A DNA stretch of 64,000 nt from Octopus vulgaris (Eukaryota), in NCBI GenBank assembly GCA_951406725.2, contig OX597839.1, forward strand, positions 18,724,001-18,788,000, in the 5' to 3' direction. Within the stretch, counting starts at the first letter, position 1. Each line of letters begins with the position of its first letter. Positions 55,447-64,000 of the stretch are shown in pieces. The notes beneath the pieces were generated by a model. The model searched no databases. It was not told the origin of the DNA and saw only the letters and a program-made list of their open reading frames with translations. The position numbers and the translations under genes are program-made.

Positions 55447-56535
55447 AGAGAGAAAGAGTGTCATTAATATCCAGGAGAAATGAGCGACAAAGTACGATTT
55501 AATTCCATTTGTCTACAGCTGTTTCATAATCAGTAGGATGACGAATCCAAGATGTCCGGAAAAGGGTCAAATGTGTAATTCTCTTTGCTGCATCCTTATA
55601 TATGTATGTGCATATGTATGAAATGCATAAATGTATGTAATATAATATGTAGGTGAAGTGTATATACTGAATATGTTCCTACCAATCAGAATCGATAATG
55701 TAACCGAAAATGGATTATGAAACGGCTGTAATCACACGAAATTAAATTGAAGACGACGTATCACAGACGATTTGTTTATTTTGGTTAAATGTATGCTCCC
55801 TTCAGCAAACCAACATTGTCTGAACAGGTGGACGGTGTATCACGTGCAACGCAAGATGATAAAGTGTTTTGCTCAAGAACACAACGCGCCACCCGGTCTA
55901 GGGATTGAAACCAAAATCTCGTAATCGTGAATGTAATGTATGAAGTAGAAAGTCCTTGGTACAGTATTATATATTTGAAAAAAAAACCCAACTCATTGAA
56001 ATGGTTTTTCTCCATGTAATACAAAGTACATACATAGAAGCATTCATCTTTATGATATATAAGAGATTTCTAAGAATTTATAAATACATACATAAACGGA
56101 AATTTATAAATATATAAAAATTCATAGACATACAAAAAATTATAAACACATAAAAATTCATAAATATAAATATATAAAAGTACAAGTCCATAAATGCACT
56201 CGCGAAGTCTGGATGTTCCAATTTGCACTAATGAAGGGGATGATAAAGCGGATGTAGAATGATTCATAAAGCGTCTGGAACATGTATAAAGTATATGTAT
56301 AAAGTCTTATGGCCGTTACGAAAAGATATAGGTTGCTATGGGCGAGCTAGCTCCAACCATAAGCAATACTCTCTATTTCTTTTATCAGAGTTAATAGAAT
56401 CACAAAGTTAAAACTTTAAAAGAAATGGGCGAAATAATTTAATAAAAATCGAATGTAATGTTAAAGGCTAAAATGTAATACGATAGTAAATATCCTATAA
56501 AGTGTATATTACGACGCCGTATATATAATATGTGG

Positions 56536-56765
56536 AGGCGAGCTGGCAGAAACGTTAGCACGCTGGGCGAAATGCGTAGCCGTATTTCGTCTGTCGTTAC
56601 GCTGTGAGTTCAAATTCCGCCGAGGTCGACTTTGCCTTTCATCCTTTCGGGGTCGATAAATTAAGTACCAGTTACGCACTGGGGTCGATGTAATCGACTT
56701 AATACCTATGTCTGTCCTTGTTTGTCCCTTCTATGTTTAGCCCCTGGTGGGTAATAAAGAAACAG
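56536..56765 (+). mobile_element. SINE-A monomer with Tx1-type tail
   Basis: Ends gcccctggtgggtAATAAAgaaac. Confidence 0.88.
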
Positions 56766-56899
56766 GTTAGTATATATGTCGTATATATACGGCAGGCTTC
56801 TTTCAGTTTCCGTCTACCAAATCCACTCACAAGGCTTCGGTTGGCCCGAGGCTATAGTAGAAGACACTTGCCCAAGGTGCCACGCAGTGGGACTGAACC

Positions 56900-56940
<41 letters not shown>

Positions 56941-57488
56941 TATATGTATGTATACACACACACACATATATATATATAAGTAATGAAATGGCTTTGGCAT
57001 TGTGATATTAGTGACTAGGTGTTAGAACTCCTCCACAGACATACTGAATTGTGTTTGGATGCTTTCGGAAGTTATAAATAACACTCTTCATTTTAATTTC
57101 TCCGAAGAAGCTATAAGATGTTGCACAAGCGGATAGCTCTGGGTGCATTACTACTTGCAGCAGAAACACCCATAAAGTAATGAAGTTAATTAGGTTAAAC
57201 CCTGTTACCTTGTCATTAATTAATTAGTTTATTGATTAATTAATACACACACACATTAAAAAAATTATGGCCTTCGAAATCGCTATCATTATTATTTGCT
57301 AATGATGTGAGAGCCAGTGACAGCCATAGTTGCCGTGAAACAAAGAGGGAGGCTCTATCTCAGGGGTTAGCGAATCGGAGTAAAATACCCTATGTGGGGG
57401 TAAAAACGAAATTCTTGTGGGTAATGAGGATTTATCGGACATGAGTAAAAAACGTCTTCTCTTGTTACGACAATTTTTTTCTTCTGAA

Positions 57489-57910
57489 GGTGGCGAGCTG
57501 GCAGAAACGTTAGCACGCTGGGCAAAATGCTTAGCAGTATGTTGTCTGTATTTACGTTCTGAGTTCAAATACCGCCGAGGTCGACTTTGCCTAACATCCT
57601 TTCGGGGTCGACAAATTAAGTACGAGTTATGCACTGGGGTCGACTTAATCCCTTTGTCTGTCCTTGTTTGTCTCCTCTATGTTTAGCCCCTTGTGGGCAA
57701 CAAAGAAATAAGAAACGTTAGCAGGCCGGACGAAATGCTTAGCAGTATTTCGTCTGTCTTTACGTTCTTAGTTCAAATTCCGCCGAGGTCGACTTTGCCT
57801 TTCATCCTTTCGGGGTCGATGAATTTAGTACTAGTTGCGTAATGGGGTCGATCTAATCGACTGGCCCCCTCCCCCTAAATTTCGGGCCTTGTGCCTAGAG
57901 TTGCAAAGAA
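57489..57910 (+). mobile_element. SINE-A dimer
   Basis: The second unit re-enters at aaagaaata|agaaacgttagc (about 57711). Confidence 0.88.
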
Positions 57911-57984
57911 AATTTTCTTCTGGTAACACTGCATCTATCCAATGTAATGGGTGTGTAAATAGATTCTTTATCTTCTTTTTATCT

Positions 57985-58370
57985 TTTATCTTTTACTTGT
58001 TTCAGTCATTTGACTGCGGCCATGCTGGAGCACCGCCTTTAATCGAGCAACTCGACCCCGGGACTTATTCTTTTGTAAGCCCAGTACTTATTCTATCGGT
58101 CTCTTTTGCCGAACCGCTAAGTAACGGGGACATAAACACACCAGCATCGGTTGTCAAGCAATGCTAGGGGGACAAACACAGACACACAAACACACACACG
58201 CATACATAAATATACATATATACGACGGGCTTCTTTCAGTTTCCGTCTACCAAATCCACTCACAAGGCTTTGGTCGGCCCGAGGCTATAGTAGAAGACAC
58301 TTGCCGAAGGTGCCACGCAGTGGGACTGAACCTGGAACCATGTGGTTGGTAAATAAGCTTCTTACCACAC
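57985..58370 (-). mobile_element. SINE-B
   Basis: Near full-length match. Confidence 0.9.
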
Positions 58371-58611
58371 ATCCATTCCTATTTATTCGTATAAATAGAT
58401 TAAATAAATATTCTGCATTCAAGGTTTCTATGATATTTTTCATTTCAAGTCAGGGAGTAACGTCAGCGTAAATAAATATGTTTCGAAGTAATTGGTAAAA
58501 AACGTTCTCTGAATAAGAATGGGTTACTTGACCAGTAACAGTTGCAAGTCACCCACAAATAACAACCCACCTCTTCAAAATGAAAGTGATAACATTATGT
58601 ATAATTAACAT

Positions 58612-58970
58612 AGGCGCAGGAATGGCTGTGTGGTAAGTAGCTTGCTAACCAACCACATGGTTGCGGGTTCAGTCCCACTGCGTGGCATCTTGGGCAAGTG
58701 TCTTCTACTATAGCCTCGGGCCGATTAATGCCTTGTGAGTGGATTTGGTAGACGGAAACTGAAAGAAGCCTGTCGTATATATATATATATGTGTGTGTTT
58801 GTGTGTCTGTGTTTGTCCCCCTAGCATTGCTTGACAACCGATGCTGGTGTGTTTACGCCCCCGTCATTTAGCGGTTCGGCAAAAGAGACCGATAGAATAA
58901 GTACTGGGCTCGACTAAAAGGCGGTGCTCCAGCATGGCTGCAGTCAAATGACTGAAACAAGTAAAAGAGA
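58612..58970 (+). mobile_element. SINE-B
   Basis: Near full-length match; inverted relative to 57985-58370. Confidence 0.9.
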
Positions 58971-59502
58971 GAGAGAGAGAGAGTGTAGTCCAAAACACCA
59001 CCTCTAAATAGACACATTTAACCACAGGCCGGCCTGATGAAGCTTGATGTGGAGAGCTAATCAGCATCTTCAGCTACCATCAGCAGCTGCGGGAATGATA
59101 ATGCAATAGATGTTTTGCCAGAACACACCGGTTAACACCTTTGGTCTGTCGGCTAATAATTTAACAAAAACGATGACAAACAAACGAGAAATAAAAGAAA
59201 CAAATAACAATGAAGACGTGACGTCAAAGACATAGATCAAACTGAACAAGACAAAGAAGAGCTCCCAGGGGAGAGAACTATGTCAAATTTAATCCTAATG
59301 AGAATGAAGCGGTGACCGAACGGAATAATAGTCGCTTGGGTTTAAGTTTTGACGTTCTTAGAATGGATTGGAGTCAGACGAATACTTTAACACGTCTCAG
59401 CCTGAAACGGTTTGAGTAAACTAGCAACTTGACACCAAGACTAACCTGTCTTGTTCCCCTCGGCAATAGACCTTCCAAAACAAAATGTCCGTCCGTCCGT
59501 CC

Positions 59503-59603
<101 letters not shown>

Positions 59604-59648
59604 CCTACCTACCTACCTACCTACCTACCTACCTACCTACCTACCTAC

Positions 59649-59689
<41 letters not shown>

Positions 59690-59869
59690 CATTTGTCTAT
59701 CTATCTATCTAGATAGATACATATAAATACACCTATCTGTCTCTCTTCCTAGACATACAAATGCACACACACACACATATATATACATGGATAAATACAC
59801 ACACGCATCAATGTCAGTTTATTAGGCTCTCTCCCTATCTATCTATTTATCTATACACACACACACACG

Positions 59870-59903
<34 letters not shown>

Positions 59904-60041
59904 TACATGCATACATACATACATGTAAATACACATATCTGTTTCTCTTCCTCACTCACTACCTAGACAAACAAATGCCCACACACATATACACACATGC
60001 ATAAATACACACACACACATCAATGTCAGTTTATTAGACTC

Positions 60042-60099
<58 letters not shown>

Positions 60100-60349
60100 G
60101 ACCTTTCTGTCTATCTTCCTCTCTTTCGCTTCCCATTGTACTTGAAACAAGTTATATGATAACCGAAGAAGAACGGAAAGAAACGATGGACAAGGAAGGA
60201 ACCGGACGAGACGATCGCCTGGTAGTTAAGTTGTAACTCACACTTCCTCAGTCAGGTGACATTCAGTGTTAGGTCAAATGAATATGGCGGAGGTGTTTCG
60301 GGGTTGGCTTTAGTTAGATGGGGTGCATACATCTTGTATAATTCATCTT

Positions 60350-60777
60350 ATACTTGTTTCAGCCATTAGACTGCGGCCATGCTGGGGCATCGTCTAGAAG
60401 AATTTCATCTCAACGAATCGGATCCGGTAGTACTTTGCTTCTACTTGGTATCTTGATAGTTATTCTATCGGTCTGTTTTATCCAAACCACTAGGTTACGG
60501 GGATGTAAATACACCAACACCGGTCGTCAAATGGAGGACAAAGACACACAAACATTTAAGACTGGTTTCTTTCATACATTTTTTTTTTGCATATATATAT
60601 ATATACATATATACGACGGGCTTCTTTCAGTTTCCGTCTACCAAATCCACTCACAAGGCTTTGGTTGGCCCGAGGCTATAGTAGAAGACACTTGCCCAAG
60701 GTGCCACGCAGTGGGACTGAACCCGGAACCATGTGGTTGGTTAGCAAGCTACTTACCACACAGCCACTCCTGCACCT
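60350..60777 (-). mobile_element. SINE-B (young 5' half, older 3' half)
   Basis: Matches SINE-B. Confidence 0.82.
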
Positions 60778-61164
60778 ACATACATACATACATACATACG
60801 TACGTTTGCTTCCCAACCACATGGCTCTCGGTTCAGTCCTACTGCACGACACCTTCGTCATATGTTTCTATTATAGCCCCGCACCAACCAAAGACTTGTA
60901 AGTGGATGTGGGAGAGAGAAAGAAAGTGTGTGTGTATATTTGCTGCTAGTGTTAAAAAGTACTATCAGCCGCGCCAAGTCATCAGTATCCAAACAGCTGC
61001 GCCCATTCGTCTTATTTCGTTGTTACAGTACTACAAGTAGCCACTGTGACAGCGATAACAAAAGACATATAAGCAACAACAGCAACTGTGGAAAGAGAAA
61101 GAGTAGTAGTAGAAGTTGCCGTAGTAGTATTAGTAGCAGCAGTAGTAGTCGTAAAAATATGTGT

Positions 61165-61948
61165 TTCTTTATTACCCACAAGAGGCTAAACACAGAGGGG
61201 ACAAACAAGGACAGACAACCGGATTAAGTCGATTACATCGACCCCAGTGCGTAACTGGTACTTAATTTATCGACCCCCGAAAGGATGAAAGGCAAAGTCG
61301 ACCTCGGCGGAATTTGAACTCAGAACGTAACGGCAGACGAAATACCTATTTCTTTACTACCCACAAGAAGCTAAACACAGAGGGGACAAACAAGGACAGA
61401 CAAAGGTGTTAAGTCGATTACATCGACCCCAGTGCGTAACTGGTACCTAATTTATCGACCCCGAAAAGATGAAAGGCAAAGTCGACCTCGGCGGAATTTG
61501 AACTCAGAACGTAACGGCAGACGAAATACCTATTTCTTTACTACCCACAAGGAGCTAAACACAGAGGGGACAAACAAGGACAGACAAACATATTAAGTCG
61601 ATTACATCGACACCAGTGCGTAACTGGTACTTAATTTATCGACCCCCGAAAGGATGAAAGGCAAAGTCGACCTCGGCGGAATTTGAACTCAGAACGTAAC
61701 GGCAGACGAAATACCTATTTCTTTACTACCCACAAGGAGCTAAACACAGAGGGGACAAACAAGGACAGACAAACGGATTAAGTCGATTACATCGACCCCA
61801 TTGCGTAACTGGTACTTAATTTATCGACCCCGAAAAGATGAAAGGCAAAGTCGACCTCGGCGGAATTTGAACTCAGAACGTAACGGCAGACGAAAATACG
61901 GCTACGCATTTCGCCCGGCGTGCTAACGATTCTGCCAGCTCGCCGCCT
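61165..61948 (-). mobile_element. SINE-A tetramer, four near-identical units of about 184 bp
   Basis: Units start at about 61165, 61350, 61534 and 61719; head at 61900-61948. Confidence 0.95.
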
Positions 61949-62585
61949 TTAGCGGTAAAACTGGCAGCCGCAGAAGCAATAGCATTAATAAATACAGATA
62001 GCAATGTTTGCTAATTGATAAAGGTTTGTGTAGTTTTCTTTCAAGCGATCAAGCGTGCCGAACTTGTTGCTATTTAAGTGAACACCGAAGAAGAATTAAT
62101 TCAGAGAAGCATGTTGATAGAGAGACAAATAGGATTTAAGATAACAATATTGTGGTAGATTCTTTTAGGAGAAACAATCCCCCAAAATTCTCAAAAACTA
62201 GGGTTAATAAGAAAAATGAATTAATTCATCATATATACAAACACATCCCCATTTTTTTTTCACCCACCATTATAAGATGATATTTGGAAAGCTGTATATT
62301 ACACAAGACGTATGAAACAAGGGTCTATAGAATGTCTGAAAACAAGCATGGACATTTTGGATAAACTTATAAAAATCCTTTAGACAGGCAAGAGTTAAAT
62401 ATAAATGGATGTCTAACATTTTAATCGCAAATCATTGGTTCGTCTTCTTTTCTAGACTTTCATGAAAGAGAAAATATTAACCTCTGAAGTGTTTTCCAGG
62501 TCAAAAAGTAAATATATTTGTCTTTTCTGAAGTGTTTATCCGGGTTAAAAAGGGAAAGCTTAACGAATTTTTGTTAATACAAATC

Positions 62586-62966
62586 TCTTTTACTTGTTTC
62601 AGTCATTTGGCTGCGGCCATGCTGGAGCACCGCTTTTAGTCAAGCAAATCGATCCCAGAACTTATTCTTTGTAAGCCTAGTACTAATTCTATCGGTCTCT
62701 TTTTGCTGAACCGCTAAGTTACGGGGACGTAAACACACCAGCATCGGTTGTCAAGCGATGTTGGGGTGGGGGACAAGCACAGACGCACAAACACATATAT
62801 ACAACGGGCTTCTTTCAGTTTCCGTCTACCAAATCCACTCACAAGGCTTTGGTTTGCCTGAGTCTATAATAGAAGACACTTGCCCAAGGTGCCACGCAGT
62901 GGGACTGAACCTGGAACCATATGGTTCGTAAGCAAGCTACTTGCCACACAGCCACTCCTACGCCTA
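62586..62966 (-). mobile_element. SINE-B
   Basis: Full-length match. Confidence 0.9.
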
Positions 62967-63121
62967 TGTTTAACAAGGATAATATTATTTGATCCAATAT
63001 ATCAATAATAGTGATTCCACAATATAGACAACGAAACAAAAAATCCGCTAACTCATTCTAAAGAAAAAAACAAAAAAACTTAAAGTCATTTCTATATCGG
63101 ATAAAACAATTACAATCCCTC

Positions 63122-63717
63122 TTAACCTTTTGTGTGGAATACATTCATCATATCTGATACATATTTCGAATTTTTTTCAACCACCAAAGTAACGTAGGTC
63201 TTATGAGAGGAAAACTTTATATTACGCAGAACGTATGAAAATGTATGGACGTGTAGGAAACATTTATAAAAATGCTTTGATCTCTTCGGTTTGAACGGCA
63301 GTTTTTTCTAGCGGTGTCATATGAAACTGTCACCCATAATTATGACCCTAGTATCGATCTATTGTATTTCAATCTGTGTTAGGGTTAGGGGTGGGGGGAA
63401 GGGTATCTTTTTTCCTTCAGAAATGTAAATAAACTCAATCTGTTTCTTAATCGAGGGACATTTTCATACGGCACAATGTTTTTTTACCTCAATAGACGTC
63501 ATTGATTGGTTGAAATTGCATAAATTGAAGAAGAAAACAACAACAAATATCTTACAAACTATAGAATTTTCTCAATAAAGCCAAGAGAAAAAGATGTTTT
63601 ATAAACACATTCTACCAATATACGAAGTTTAAAAGTGTTTAGTTACGTGGAAATTATTTTAAAAAACTGCCGGTCAAACTGAAACGATCCAACTGCTTTG
63701 CTGAGGCAAAGGGTTAA
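63122..63717. mobile_element. TTAA-flanked (piggyBac-like) MITE hosting a nested MITE
   Basis: TTAAccttt...aaagggTTAA; a related right end without the insert lies at about 62300-62398. Confidence 0.55.
63278..63690. mobile_element. MITE with GGATC-type TIRs and TTAGGG repeats (copy 2)
   Basis: Colinear with 16080-16512; TSD aaatgctt (63270-63277) / aactgctt (63691-63698). Confidence 0.9.
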
Positions 63718-64000
63718 ACGGGGAATCGAAATCGGATTCCCTGTAGTATGAACACAAGCGAAAGCGAACATAAAATTATGGAAGAGAAGAAAAAGATGGA
63801 ATAATATTAACATTTGACTTGGAACCTCATCAATTTCGCTTCCTGGAAATTGTTTTAATGCTTTTAATGTTATGAATAAATTAAAAGGATTGTTGCAATG
63901 TTTCTGGTTAATATGTAATATTTTGTGGACAAAATATGTGGTGTAGTTGTTAACATATGTGGGTGAAGAGGGAGAAGTAGGGAGAGGGTGAGATACTGTG

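Noticed and set aside
59040-59090. Two in-frame TGA codons (GS*RC*LALH) on minus suggesting selenocysteine
   Set aside because: No SECIS identified, no selenoprotein similarity, and the exon itself is uncertain.
61165-61948. CRISPR-like or retrozyme-like array
   Set aside because: No unique spacers and no cas genes. No CUGANGA/GAAA hammerhead core on either strand of the 184-bp unit.

Overview
Eukaryotic, AT-rich, extremely microsatellite-dense genomic DNA. The SINE repertoire and repeat landscape look like a coleoid cephalopod, most likely Octopus; this is an inference from recalled repeat motifs, not a search. Almost every ORF in the supplied track is a translation of (TA)n, (CA)n, (AGAT)n, (AAT)n, (ACT)n or (GAT)n repeats or of SINEs, and is not a gene. 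Main contents: (1) about 45 copies or fragments of at least five tRNA-derived SINE types, labelled A-E here; (2) 5'-truncated LINE remnants of the L1/Tx1, RTE and R4/Dong types; (3) DNA-transposon relics: a DD41D 'rosa' Tc1/mariner, a Tc1, a mariner, a non-autonomous Helitron and several MITEs; (4) minimal hammerhead-ribozyme-like motifs of the Penelope type; (5) a tentative multi-exon gene on the minus strand, one exon of which is a base short. The most interesting system-level pattern is SINE-A. It forms precise head-[body+L1/Tx1-type tail]n-body multimers joined at one hairpin loop, and it sits directly behind both Tx1 remnants in the window. Repeat boundaries were read by eye and may be off by roughly 10 bp.
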